From assembly GCA_043808785.1 (NCBI GenBank), contig JAZDEL010000010.1:1-32000 (forward strand): DNA of 32,000 nucleotides, written 5' to 3'. Source of the DNA: Candidatus Iainarchaeum sp. (GTDB taxonomy: Archaea; Iainarchaeota; Iainarchaeia; Iainarchaeales; JAZDEL01). The notes beneath the pieces are model-generated. The model made no database searches. It saw nothing but the letters and a program-made list of their open reading frames with translations, and was not told the origin of the DNA. A program made the position numbers and the translations under genes. Each line of letters opens with the position of its first letter. Position 1 is the stretch's first letter. Shown in pieces: positions 1 to 8,647 of the stretch.

Positions 1-185
1 CTTGCCCGATACGGACTTTACATAGTGTGCCTCTCACGCCGGGGCCCTCTCGGCTAAGCGCGACGCACGAATAGATGCATGTCTACGAGGCATATGGGAT
101 GGCAGAAAAAGGTAAAGGTTTAAAGGGGTTTTCATAGATGCCAAAACCGATTAATTAACCGCGGACATTGTTTTCTTATAGCGGT

Positions 186-200
186 TTTTATTTTTATATT
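186..200 (+). promoter_or_regulatory. AT-rich TATA-box-like element upstream of ugd
   Basis: TTTTTATTTTTATATT. The box ends 20 nt before ATG 221 and no SD lies between, which is archaeal-style short-leader or leaderless geometry. Confidence 0.45.
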
Positions 201-220
201 CCGGCAATGGTGTGTCAAAC

Positions 221-1510
221 ATGGATGTTGCAGTCGTGGGAACAGGTTATGTCGGGCTTGTTGCGGGCGCATGCCTTGCCGAACTCGGCCACAATGTCAT
301 ATGCGTCGACAGCAACGCCGCCAAGATTGCCTCCCTCAAAAACGGCGAAATCCCGATTTACGAGCCCGGCCTCGAACCCCTGGTGAACAAGAACGCAACC
401 GCAGGGCGCCTTTCCTTTACAACCGACCTCAAATCAGCGGCGAAAGAGAGCAGGGTTGTTTTCATCGCGGTAGGGACGCCTCCGAAGGAAAACGGCGAGG
501 CCGACCTCAGCCATGTTGAGGCCGTAGCGAAGGAGATTGCGCGCGCGATAACGAAGCACACCGTGATCGTGGAGAAGAGCACCGTGCCTGTGCAGACAGG
601 CGACATGGTTGCAAGTGCAATACGCGCGCAGAACGTCAAGCCCGAACTTTTCGATGTTGTTTCAAACCCCGAGTTCCTGCGCGAGGGTTCCGCAGTGAAG
701 GATTTCATGGAGCCTGACCGCGTCGTAATAGGCACGGACAGCGAGCGCGCAAGGAAGGTTATGGAGGAGCTTTACGCCCCGCTTGAGGCTGAGAAAATTT
801 TCACGGACGTGAAAAGCGCTGAACTCATAAAGCACGCCTCTAACGCGTTCCTCGCAACGAAAATTTCGTTCATAAATGCCGTTGCAAACATCTGCGAAAA
901 AACAGGGGCAAACATAGGGCAGGTCGCGCACGGCATGGGCACCGACAGGCGCATAGGGCGCAGTTTCCTGAACGCGGGCATAGGTTATGGCGGCAGTTGC
1001 TTCCCGAAGGATGTTTCGGCATTCATACAAATTGCGGCGAAGAACGGCTACGATTTCTCGCTGCTGCGCGAGGCTGAGAACATAAACAAAAACCAGCGCA
1101 AGGCATTCATCGGCAAGATTGAAAACGCCCTTGGCGGCCCGAAAGGGAAAAAAATCGCCGTGCTCGGCCTCGCATTCAAGCCGGACACGGACGACATGCG
1201 CGAGGCGCCGAGCATCGATATCATAAATGCCCTGCTGGAAAAGGGCGCGGAAGTAAGCGCTTACGACCCCGCGTCAATGAAAACCGCGGCGCAGCACGTC
1301 AAAGGCGCGCGCTTCTGCACGGGCCCTTACGAGGCAATGGAGGGTGCGGACGCACTTGTTATTGTCACGGAATGGGACGAGTTCAGGCGCCTTGACCTTG
1401 AGCGCGTGAAAAAACTGCTGAAGAAGCCCGTTGTAATAGACGGGAGGAACATCTTCGATGCGGAAAAGATGCGCGACCTCGGATTCACTTACGTAAGCAT
1501 AGGGCGCTGA
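221..1510 (+). CDS. ugd: UDP-glucose 6-dehydrogenase
   Basis: N-terminal VAVVGTGYVGLVAGACLAELGH Rossmann motif. Catalytic-Cys motif GIGYGGSCFPKDV. C-terminal LGLAFKPDTDDMREAP. The ORF track starts at GTG 212; ATG 221 (MDVAVVG) is preferred. Confidence 0.93.
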   Translation: MDVAVVGTGYVGLVAGACLAELGHNVICVDSNAAKIASLKNGEIPIYEPGLEPLVNKNATAGRLSFTTDLKSAAKESRVVFIAVGTPPKENGEADLSHVEAVAKEIARAITKHTVIVEKSTVPVQTGDMVASAIRAQNVKPELFDVVSNPEFLREGSAVKDFMEPDRVVIGTDSERARKVMEELYAPLEAEKIFTDVKSAELIKHASNAFLATKISFINAVANICEKTGANIGQVAHGMGTDRRIGRSFLNAGIGYGGSCFPKDVSAFIQIAAKNGYDFSLLREAENINKNQRKAFIGKIENALGGPKGKKIAVLGLAFKPDTDDMREAPSIDIINALLEKGAEVSAYDPASMKTAAQHVKGARFCTGPYEAMEGADALVIVTEWDEFRRLDLERVKKLLKKPVVIDGRNIFDAEKMRDLGFTYVSIGR

Positions 1511-1557
1511 ACTATATGCCGTATGCGTTCTGCGGTTTATTTTTGCATGGTGTGATG

Positions 1558-2292
1558 ATGAAAGCGATAATCCCTGTTGCCGGCTATGCCACAAGGCTCT
1601 ACCCCCTGACACGAGAAAAACCAAAGGCGCTTATCGAGGTAAAGGGCAAGCCGATACTTTCGCACATCGTTTCCAGGATATGCGCAATCGGGGGCATAAC
1701 CGAAATTCTTGTCGTGACAAACAACAAATTCTTTTACCAGTTCGAGGACTGGGCAAAGTGCGAGAATTCGGACGTGCCCATAAGGGTGATAAACGACAAC
1801 ACCGTGAGCAACGAGGACAGGCTCGGGCAGATGGGGGATATACAGCTTGCGCTTGAGGAGGGCAAGGTTAAAGATGACCTGCTCGTGGTTTCGGGGGACA
1901 ACCTCTTTAATTTCCCGCTGAACGGGATGCTTGCGGACTTCAGGGCAAAGCGCGCAAACCTCATAGCGCTTTACGACGTTTCCGACACGGATGAGGCGAA
2001 GAAGATGGGCGTTGTGCAGGTCGACAAAAGCATGCGCGTCAAGGCCTTCCATGAGAAGCCGGAGGAGCCGAAAAGCACGCTCTGCTCATGCGGAATATAT
2101 TTCTACCCCGCGAAGACAATAGCGCGCATTTCGGAATACATATCCGAGGGGAACGACCCCGATAAAATGGGAAATTTCCTCGAGTGGCTTATAACGCGCG
2201 AAGCGGTTTACGGGCACATATTCCTTGAAAAATGGTTCGACATAGGTTCATTTGAATCCCTCGGCAGGGCGAGGGAGGAGTTCAAGCCCTGA
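1558..2292 (+). CDS. sugar-1-phosphate nucleotidyltransferase (NTP_transferase family, short form)
   Basis: MKAIIPVAGYATRLYPLTREKPKALIEV is a G-x-(G/A)-T-R-L type motif, and the length is about 245 aa. GGTG lies 5 nt before ATG 1558; ATG 1555 is also possible. The ORF-track N-terminus from 1516 is probably not translated. Confidence 0.82.
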   Translation: MKAIIPVAGYATRLYPLTREKPKALIEVKGKPILSHIVSRICAIGGITEILVVTNNKFFYQFEDWAKCENSDVPIRVINDNTVSNEDRLGQMGDIQLALEEGKVKDDLLVVSGDNLFNFPLNGMLADFRAKRANLIALYDVSDTDEAKKMGVVQVDKSMRVKAFHEKPEEPKSTLCSCGIYFYPAKTIARISEYISEGNDPDKMGNFLEWLITREAVYGHIFLEKWFDIGSFESLGRAREEFKP

Positions 2293-2343
2293 GCGGGCGC
2301 GGAACTTAAAAAACAAAAAACACATGCGTGTGGTTTGGTTTCT

Positions 2344-3279
2344 ATGGCTGTTAAGCGTGCGGTTGTAACGGGCGGCGCGGGGTTCATAGGCTCGCACCTC
2401 TGCGATTTCCTGCTGGGGGAGGGGTTCGGCGTTGTCTGCATCGACAGCCTAATCACCGGCAGCGTGAAAAATATCGCGCACCTGCGCGGAAATAAAAATT
2501 TCGAATTCATAAGGCACGACATCGTTTCCCCGCCAGGGGTTAAGGGCGGAATAGATTTCATTTACAACCTCGCTTCCCCCGCATCGCCCGTGGATTACCA
2601 GAATCACCCCGTGGAGACGCTGCTTGCGGGTTCGCTCGGCGTGAGGAACATGCTCGAACTCGCCCGCGAAAAGAAGGCGCGCTTCCTGCAGGCTTCGACT
2701 TCCGAAGTTTACGGCGACCCTCTGCAGCATCCCCAGCGCGAGAGTTACTGGGGGAATGTAAACCCCATAGGGCTGCGCTCGTGCTACGACGAGAGCAAGA
2801 GGTTTGCGGAGGCGCTTGTCATGGCTTACCGCCGCACACTCGGCGTTGAAACCCGCATTGTACGCATCTTCAACACATACGGCCCGAGGATGGCGGACGA
2901 AGACGGGAGGGTCGTGCCGAATTTCATAACGCAGGCTCTCGCGGGAAAGCCGCTCACGGTTTACGGCAGCGGAAAGCAGACCCGTTCCTTCTGTTATGTT
3001 TCCGACATGGTGCGCGGCATTGCCCTTGCAATGGAGAAAGGCGGCGCCGAACCCATAAACCTCGGGAACCCGGACGAGTTCACGGTCAATGAGCTCGCGG
3101 AAAAGGTCATCGCCGCAACAGGCTCGAAATCGAAAATTTCATATTCTCCCCTGCCGCAGGACGACCCCGCGCGCAGGAACCCCGACATCTCGCTTGCGAA
3201 AAAAACCCTCGGCTGGGCGCCAAAGGTCCGGCTTAATGAAGGGCTTAAGGAAACAATAAGTTATTTCCGCGGGAAATAA
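2344..3279 (+). CDS. uxs: UDP-glucuronate decarboxylase (UDP-xylose synthase type SDR)
   Basis: [12 protein letters not shown]; [41 protein letters not shown]; [10 protein letters not shown]; [13 protein letters not shown]; [14 protein letters not shown]. These are near-textbook UXS motifs. ATG 2344 is preferred over TTG 2335. Confidence 0.88.
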   Translation: MAVKRAVVTGGAGFIGSHLCDFLLGEGFGVVCIDSLITGSVKNIAHLRGNKNFEFIRHDIVSPPGVKGGIDFIYNLASPASPVDYQNHPVETLLAGSLGVRNMLELAREKKARFLQASTSEVYGDPLQHPQRESYWGNVNPIGLRSCYDESKRFAEALVMAYRRTLGVETRIVRIFNTYGPRMADEDGRVVPNFITQALAGKPLTVYGSGKQTRSFCYVSDMVRGIALAMEKGGAEPINLGNPDEFTVNELAEKVIAATGSKSKISYSPLPQDDPARRNPDISLAKKTLGWAPKVRLNEGLKETISYFRGK

Positions 3280-3287
3280 CTGGCCGA

Positions 3288-4898
3288 TTATTCGGGGCAT
3301 TTCTCCCGTGCGTAAACCCAAAAAACCGTGTACGTTCCCGACTTTATTTCCGCACAGGGCGTGAATTTTTCAAGTGCCGCCGCATCCTCGGTATCGAAAA
3401 ATACCGCTGTTGCGACGACATAATCCGTGCTGTCCGCAACATCCGCAAGCCTTGTGTTCACGTAATAATAAAGCCGCTGTTCCTCCTGCCGCGCCTGCGC
3501 AGGCACCCCTGGCAGTTTGGAGAAGAAAGGGTTAACAACAACCGTATCTGTTTTGTAAATCCCGAGGTAATACCTCACGGGGTCCAGGCTGCTTGTGTAC
3601 ACCTTTGCGCCCTGCGGCAGTTTTTGCATCTCCTCCGAAAGCCCGCGGAAATTATGCCCGCTTATCAGCGCGGCATCCTGCCAGGCGAAGAGCAGAATGA
3701 TTGCCGCGAGTGCCGCGATGCCCGCGGCCCTGTTCATTTTCCACGCCCGCGCAATCCCGAACGCGGCAACAGCCATGAGCGGGAACTCCATGCCCAGCGC
3801 ATACCTCGGCGCCATGTACTGGCTGGCAAGCGTGAAGAACGCGAGATATGCCGTGAAAATAAGCAGGAGCATTAGCAAAGTGCGGTTCCTCTCCCTTATT
3901 GCGAAGAGCGCGCCCGCAATGAACAGCAGCGCCGCCGCAGGCGTGAGAAAGAACATAAGTGTTTCGGGGTAAAAGCCGGTGCCCTGCTGCAGCGGCTCCC
4001 CGCCCATGGCATCAACAAACTGCGCGCTGTAATGCTCCATATCGCTTACATAATTGCTCGATTCCGCGCTCCATGTTGCGTATCCGCCGAAACTTGAAAG
4101 CATTGCCGGCAGGAACGCCCCCATTGCCGCCACGCAAATCAGCGCGAATACCGCACAGTTTTTCCTGTTTTCCTTTTCAAGTGCCCAGCCCCTGTTTTCG
4201 AAAATCAGCCATGCGAAAGCCAGCGCAATCAGCGCCGCCGTGTATCGCGTGGCAACCGCGCAGGCAAACATCGCCCCCGCAATGGGCATTAGCCTCGAGT
4301 TCCGCAGGGCGAAAAGGAACACCACAAGCGAACCGTAGCAGAGCGCAACCTCAAGCGGGTTCAGCAGTGCGGTGCTTGAATAAAAAACCGAAAGCGGGGA
4401 AAGCATGAGCAGTGCGAAGAGCACGAGCCCGAATTTTTTATCGCGCAGGTAAACGCCCAGCAGAAGCCCGAAGAAAGCCAGCGCAATCAGCGCTACTGTT
4501 GATATGAGTTTCCCCACAACATCGGGCGCAAGCCCTGTCAGGAATATTCCTATGGATGCGAGAATGTTGAAAAGCGGGGGGTGCCGAGGGTGCAGGGTGA
4601 GGGGAACATGGAGTGCAAGGGATGCAAAGAGCAGGGCAAGCGCAGCCGCGCCAGCGGCAATAACGCTCCTGCGCACGAGGATTAAATATGCGAGAACTGC
4701 AGCCACTGCAAGGCATACTGCAAGTATAAGCGGCTGTGCCCAGAACACCGTTGCAATCTTGTACGCAATCATCACGTGCCAAGCCCCGTCCCAGGCAATG
4801 TCCGTGCCTGAAAAGAAAAGCAGCCTTGCAGCAATGCCCAGCGCACATACAAGCGCGATAAAAGCGATTTCCCGCCCCGAGAATTTCAGCTGTTCCAT
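3288..4898 (-). CDS. polytopic membrane protein, GT-C fold (GT39/GT83, PMT/ArnT-like) glycosyltransferase candidate
   Basis: More than 10 hydrophobic segments. An acidic first-loop segment (TDIAWDGAWH) follows TM1. The C-terminal domain of about 110 aa is soluble. Placed immediately downstream of DegT on the same strand. ATG 4898 is preferred; TTG 4940 is possible. Confidence 0.68.
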   Translation of the reverse strand: MEQLKFSGREIAFIALVCALGIAARLLFFSGTDIAWDGAWHVMIAYKIATVFWAQPLILAVCLAVAAVLAYLILVRRSVIAAGAAALALLFASLALHVPLTLHPRHPPLFNILASIGIFLTGLAPDVVGKLISTVALIALAFFGLLLGVYLRDKKFGLVLFALLMLSPLSVFYSSTALLNPLEVALCYGSLVVFLFALRNSRLMPIAGAMFACAVATRYTAALIALAFAWLIFENRGWALEKENRKNCAVFALICVAAMGAFLPAMLSSFGGYATWSAESSNYVSDMEHYSAQFVDAMGGEPLQQGTGFYPETLMFFLTPAAALLFIAGALFAIRERNRTLLMLLLIFTAYLAFFTLASQYMAPRYALGMEFPLMAVAAFGIARAWKMNRAAGIAALAAIILLFAWQDAALISGHNFRGLSEEMQKLPQGAKVYTSSLDPVRYYLGIYKTDTVVVNPFFSKLPGVPAQARQEEQRLYYYVNTRLADVADSTDYVVATAVFFDTEDAAALEKFTPCAEIKSGTYTVFWVYAREKCPE

Positions 4899-4944
4899 AC
4901 AATCCGCCGTGGAATTTCCCGCGCAGGCAAACCGCGCCAAGGTT

Positions 4945-6045
4945 TTACGCCCGCCCGAGTATTTTTTTCAGGTGAGAAACAACAATTTCCTGTTTTTCCT
5001 TTCCCATGCCGCACCAGAGCGGTATGTCTATGAGGCTTTTCCAGAGGGAGTAGGAAACGGGAAAGTCCGCCTTCCCGTAGCCGTATCTTTCCGCATAATA
5101 AGGCTGCGCGTGTATCGGCGGGAAACTCAGCCTTGTTTCTATGCCTTCCTTTGCAAGCCCTTCGACAATAATGTCGCGCTTTTTCGCGTCGACATTAACC
5201 GTGTAAAGGTACCATGCGTGCTGCGTTACATAATCGGGGATGTGCGGCAGTTCCAGCCCTTTCACGCCCTCCAGCGCCCTGTAATATTCATCCGCAAGCC
5301 CCTGCTTTTCGCTTATAACCGAATCAAGCCTCGCAAGCTGGCTGTTGCCTACGGCAGCCTGCAAATCGGTCATCCTGTAATTGTTGCCGAGCATAACATG
5401 CCTGTACCTGCCCTCCTGCCCCTGGTTGCGTATTTTGCGCATCTTTTCAGCGAGTTCCGCATCCCCCGTTGTTACCATTCCCCCCTCCCCCGTAGTTATG
5501 TTCTTGTTCGGGAAGAACGAGAAGCAGTGCAGCGGCGCTATGCTCCCTATCCTCCTTTTTTTGTATGTGGCGCCGAGGCTTTCCGCGCTGTCGGCAACGA
5601 GCGCTATGCCCTTTTTTTCGCAGAGTTCAGTTATTTCATCGTAATCCGCCGGCATGCCGTTCATGTCGACTGAAATTACCGCCTTCGTTTTCGCAGTGAT
5701 GCGCTTCCTTATCTCGTCCGCGGTTATGTTGTAAGTTTCCTTGTCGCACTCCGCAAGAACGGGTTTCGCGCCCTGGTAAAGCACGACATTCGCGGTCGAG
5801 ATGAATGTAAGCGTGGGCAGTATTACCTCGTCCCCGTGCCCTATGCCGAGCGCCACAAGCGCGGTGTGCAGCGCGGATGTGCCGTTGTTAACCGCCACGG
5901 CGTTTTTCGCGCCCGTGCATTTGCAGAAATTTTCCTCGAATTCCTTCACGCGCGGGCCCATGCTGAGCCACTGGCTCTTTACCGTTTCATACGCCGCCCT
6001 TGCGTCGTCCTCGTTCAGGCTGGTGTTAGCGACAGGTATCTTCAT
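4945..6045 (-). CDS. DegT/DnrJ/EryC1/StrS-family PLP-dependent sugar aminotransferase
   Basis: NNGTSALH; DSAESLGA; Schiff-base Lys retained in SFFPNKNITTGEGG. SD GGAGAGGG sits just upstream of ATG 6045. Confidence 0.9.
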   Translation of the reverse strand: MKIPVANTSLNEDDARAAYETVKSQWLSMGPRVKEFEENFCKCTGAKNAVAVNNGTSALHTALVALGIGHGDEVILPTLTFISTANVVLYQGAKPVLAECDKETYNITADEIRKRITAKTKAVISVDMNGMPADYDEITELCEKKGIALVADSAESLGATYKKRRIGSIAPLHCFSFFPNKNITTGEGGMVTTGDAELAEKMRKIRNQGQEGRYRHVMLGNNYRMTDLQAAVGNSQLARLDSVISEKQGLADEYYRALEGVKGLELPHIPDYVTQHAWYLYTVNVDAKKRDIIVEGLAKEGIETRLSFPPIHAQPYYAERYGYGKADFPVSYSLWKSLIDIPLWCGMGKEKQEIVVSHLKKILGRA

Positions 6046-6151
6046 TTCCCTCTCCCCCGCGTTTCAACTGTTTCACCTAAATCTTAAATAAACCATATTT
6101 AAACCTTTTTGCGCAGCATTCTTTCATTGCGCGGCTGAAGGCGGGTTTTCC

Positions 6152-6164
6152 TTGGTACAAAAAT
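6152..6164 (+). promoter_or_regulatory. TTGGTACAAAAAT motif, copy a
   Basis: 13-mer identical to the reverse complement of 19120-19132. It lies in the divergent DegT/dehydrogenase spacer and coincides with the TTG that opens the ORF-track call. Confidence 0.4.
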
Positions 6165-7501
6165 CTAACGTGAATGTTCGTGCAAAAGTGCCTGTTGTCG
6201 CGGTCTGCGGCCTCGGTTACATAGGCATGCCCATGGTTGCGGCATTCGCGAATTCGGGCCTCGGGGTAATAGGCGTCGACATCGACGGCGCGAAAGTGAA
6301 GGCCCTGCGTGAAAAATATTCCGCGGAAATATTCGAGCCCGGCCTGAACGAAACCCTGCGGAAGCACAAAAGCGCGATAACCTTCACATGTGACTATGCA
6401 GTTGCAATGAAGGAAGCGGACGCGGTGATAATAACGGTGGGCACGCCCCTTAAAAACTCCCGCGAGCCGAATTACGAGTACATAGACGGCGTGCTCGAGA
6501 GCATCGGCAAAGGCCTGCGCCGCGGGCAGGTAATTATGCTCAAATCCACCGTTGTGCCCGGCACAACCGAGAACCACGCAAAGTCGCGCCTTGAAGCCCT
6601 TTCGGGCCTGAAGGCCGGAAAGGATTTCTTCCTCGCATTCTGCCCCGAAAGAACAATAGAGGGCATGGCAATGCACGAACTTTACACCCTGCCTAAAATA
6701 GTGGGGGGCATAAACCGCGGGAGTGCGGAAAAGGCGGCTGAAATAATCTCCCGCCTCGGCGGGCGCGTTGTAATTGTTTCAAGCCCGAGGGTCGCGGAAC
6801 TATGCAAATTAATAGACAACCTTTACCGCGCGGTCAACATAGCGTTCGCGAACGAGGTCGGCATGCTCTGCGAAAAGATGGGCATAGACTCCTACGAGGT
6901 TGTGGAGGCGGTGAACAATTCATATTCACGCACATCTATATTCAAGCCGGGGCTGGGCGCGGACGGGCCGTGCCTTTCGAAGGACCCCGAGATATTCAGG
7001 TATTTTTCCGAGAGCAACGCGCTCGGCGCCGCGCTCGTTAACGCGACGATAGACGGGAACCAGCACGCAACCCTCCGCATTGCCGACATTGTCAGGCGCT
7101 TTGTTCGCGGGCACAAAATTGCGAAGCCGCGCATAGCCGTGCTCGGCCTCGCGTTCAAGGGCAAGCCCGAAACCGATGACATGCGTGGCGCGCCCTCCGT
7201 GAAGATAACGGACGCGCTCGGCGCGGAGTTCGATATGGAGTACGCGGCATTCGACCCTGTTGTGAAAACATTTATGGGCAGGCCGGTGGAGGCAGGTATC
7301 GCCGCCGCCCTTAAGGGCGCGGATGCGGTGCTTTTCCTCACAAACCACGAGAAGCTGATGAATGCGGACGCGAAACTTATCCTCTCGAACTGCAATAAAC
7401 CCGTGCTTGTCGTGGACTGCTGGCACAACATTGCGGACGCCGCGGCGCTGAGGCATGCAAGGGGCGTTGAGTACGTCAGGATAGGGGACGGGACGGCGTG
7501 A
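6152..7501 (+). CDS. nucleotide-sugar dehydrogenase (UDP-glucose/GDP-mannose dehydrogenase family, second paralog)
   Basis: VAVCGLGYIGMPMVAAF Rossmann motif; catalytic-Cys motif GLGADGPCLSKDP; LGLAFKGKPETDDMRGAP. The start is uncertain: there is no in-frame ATG, and the candidates are TTG 6152, GTG 6170 and GTG 6188. Confidence 0.85.
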   Translation: MVQKSNVNVRAKVPVVAVCGLGYIGMPMVAAFANSGLGVIGVDIDGAKVKALREKYSAEIFEPGLNETLRKHKSAITFTCDYAVAMKEADAVIITVGTPLKNSREPNYEYIDGVLESIGKGLRRGQVIMLKSTVVPGTTENHAKSRLEALSGLKAGKDFFLAFCPERTIEGMAMHELYTLPKIVGGINRGSAEKAAEIISRLGGRVVIVSSPRVAELCKLIDNLYRAVNIAFANEVGMLCEKMGIDSYEVVEAVNNSYSRTSIFKPGLGADGPCLSKDPEIFRYFSESNALGAALVNATIDGNQHATLRIADIVRRFVRGHKIAKPRIAVLGLAFKGKPETDDMRGAPSVKITDALGAEFDMEYAAFDPVVKTFMGRPVEAGIAAALKGADAVLFLTNHEKLMNADAKLILSNCNKPVLVVDCWHNIADAAALRHARGVEYVRIGDGTA

Positions 7502-7506
7502 GCCCT

Positions 7507-8628
7507 ATGGGGAAGCCGAAAAAGGGCAGGGTTCCGGTAACGGGGCACGCTGCAGCCGGGGGTGCAAGGGTTCTCGTAACCGGGGGTGCGGGCTTCATAG
7601 GCATGCACCTTGCAAAGGCGCTTGCACTGCGCGGCACCGCGGATGCGCTTGCAGGGCGCGGCATTGCAGACGGGGCAGCACTGTGCGGCGCAGTGCGCGG
7701 CTCGGCGCGCGATGAACTGCGCGGCTGTGAGGTCACAATTGCGGACAACCTCTCGCGCGGGAAGGCGGACGCCGAATTTAAAGAACTCTGCGCGCTGAAA
7801 AACGTTGATTTCATAAATGCCGACCTCTCCGTGCACGGCGGAACAAAAAAGCTCGGCAAACCCGACGCGTTTGATTTCGTTTACCACCTTGCCGCGATAA
7901 ACGGCACGCGCTTCTTTTACGAGAAGCCGGAGGAGGTGCTGCGCGTGAACATCTCGTCCGCGCTCAACATCCTCGAATGGCTCAAGTCACGGAAAGGGAA
8001 CGGCGCGAAAATAATTTTCTCATCCTCATCCGAGGCTTATGCAGGGGGCGTCTCACTCGGCGTATCGAAAATCCCCACTCCCGAAACCGCGCCGCTGGTT
8101 ATCGAGGACGTGAAGAACCCTAGGTGGAGCTACGGCGGGAGCAAGATTGCGGGCGAACTGCTGTTTGTGAATTATGCTCGCCGTTACGGTTTCCCGTTCT
8201 CCATAGTTCGCTACCACAACGTCTACGGCCCGCGCATGGGCAACGAGCACGTAATTCCCGAGTTCATAATGCGTGCGCAGCGCGGGGAAAACCCTTTCAA
8301 AATACAGGGCGGGGGGCAGACAAGGGCGTTCTGCTTTGTGGATGACGCGGTAAGGGCGACAATCATGGTTGCCGAGTCTGAAAAAACCGTCGGTGAAATA
8401 GTGCACATAGGCAACGATAAGGAAGAGATAAAAATCTCCGAACTTGCGGGCAGGGTATGCCGCATGCTCGGATACGAGCCGGAGCTGCAGGTTGTGCCCT
8501 CCCCCGAGGGCTCGGCAATGCGCCGCTGCCCCGACATAACAAAACTCCGCACGCTCACCGGCTTCGAGCCGAAAGTTTCGCTTGCAGAGGGGCTTAAAAA
8601 AACCGCAGAATGGTATTTGGGGAAATAA
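7507..8628 (+). CDS. NAD-dependent epimerase/dehydratase (extended SDR) with a 30-aa insertion in the Rossmann fold
   Basis: [14 protein letters not shown]; SSSSEAYAG; YGGSKIAGE (YxxxK); C-terminal TAEWYLGK. GTG 7498 overlaps the upstream stop (GTGA); ATG 7507 is the alternative. Confidence 0.85.
   Translation: MGKPKKGRVPVTGHAAAGGARVLVTGGAGFIGMHLAKALALRGTADALAGRGIADGAALCGAVRGSARDELRGCEVTIADNLSRGKADAEFKELCALKNVDFINADLSVHGGTKKLGKPDAFDFVYHLAAINGTRFFYEKPEEVLRVNISSALNILEWLKSRKGNGAKIIFSSSSEAYAGGVSLGVSKIPTPETAPLVIEDVKNPRWSYGGSKIAGELLFVNYARRYGFPFSIVRYHNVYGPRMGNEHVIPEFIMRAQRGENPFKIQGGGQTRAFCFVDDAVRATIMVAESEKTVGEIVHIGNDKEEIKISELAGRVCRMLGYEPELQVVPSPEGSAMRRCPDITKLRTLTGFEPKVSLAEGLKKTAEWYLGK
7627..7725 (+). 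repeat. 9-bp direct repeat CTGCGCGGC (7627-7635 and 7717-7725) bounding an in-frame 90-bp GC-rich insertion
   Basis: The two copies are exactly 90 nt apart. Removing one copy plus the spacer restores the canonical ...ALALRG-CEVTIADNLSRG Rossmann beta1-alphaA-beta2 spacing. Confidence 0.75.
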
Positions 8629-8647
8629 TTTGCAGGGTGTTCCGGTT

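Noticed and set aside
1-185. Possible gene end, tRNA or small RNA in the leading 185 nt
   Set aside because: Only short ORFs terminate here, for example one ending at the TAA at 55-57 and a 34-codon minus-strand ORF from 139. I found no T-loop or cloverleaf-like pattern. The evidence is insufficient for any call.
4504-5673. 389-aa + strand ORF spanning the GT-C/DegT junction
   Set aside because: It is antisense to two genes with clear family motifs. The translation is Arg/Pro/Ala-rich with no recognisable domain. Long antisense ORFs of this kind are common in GC-rich DNA.
6892-7887. 331-aa minus-strand ORF, plus the nested ORFs 6926-7456 and 7476-7859
   Set aside because: It is antisense to the dehydrogenase and SDR genes. 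The composition is low-complexity (Ala/Ser/Arg/Pro) and there are no motifs.
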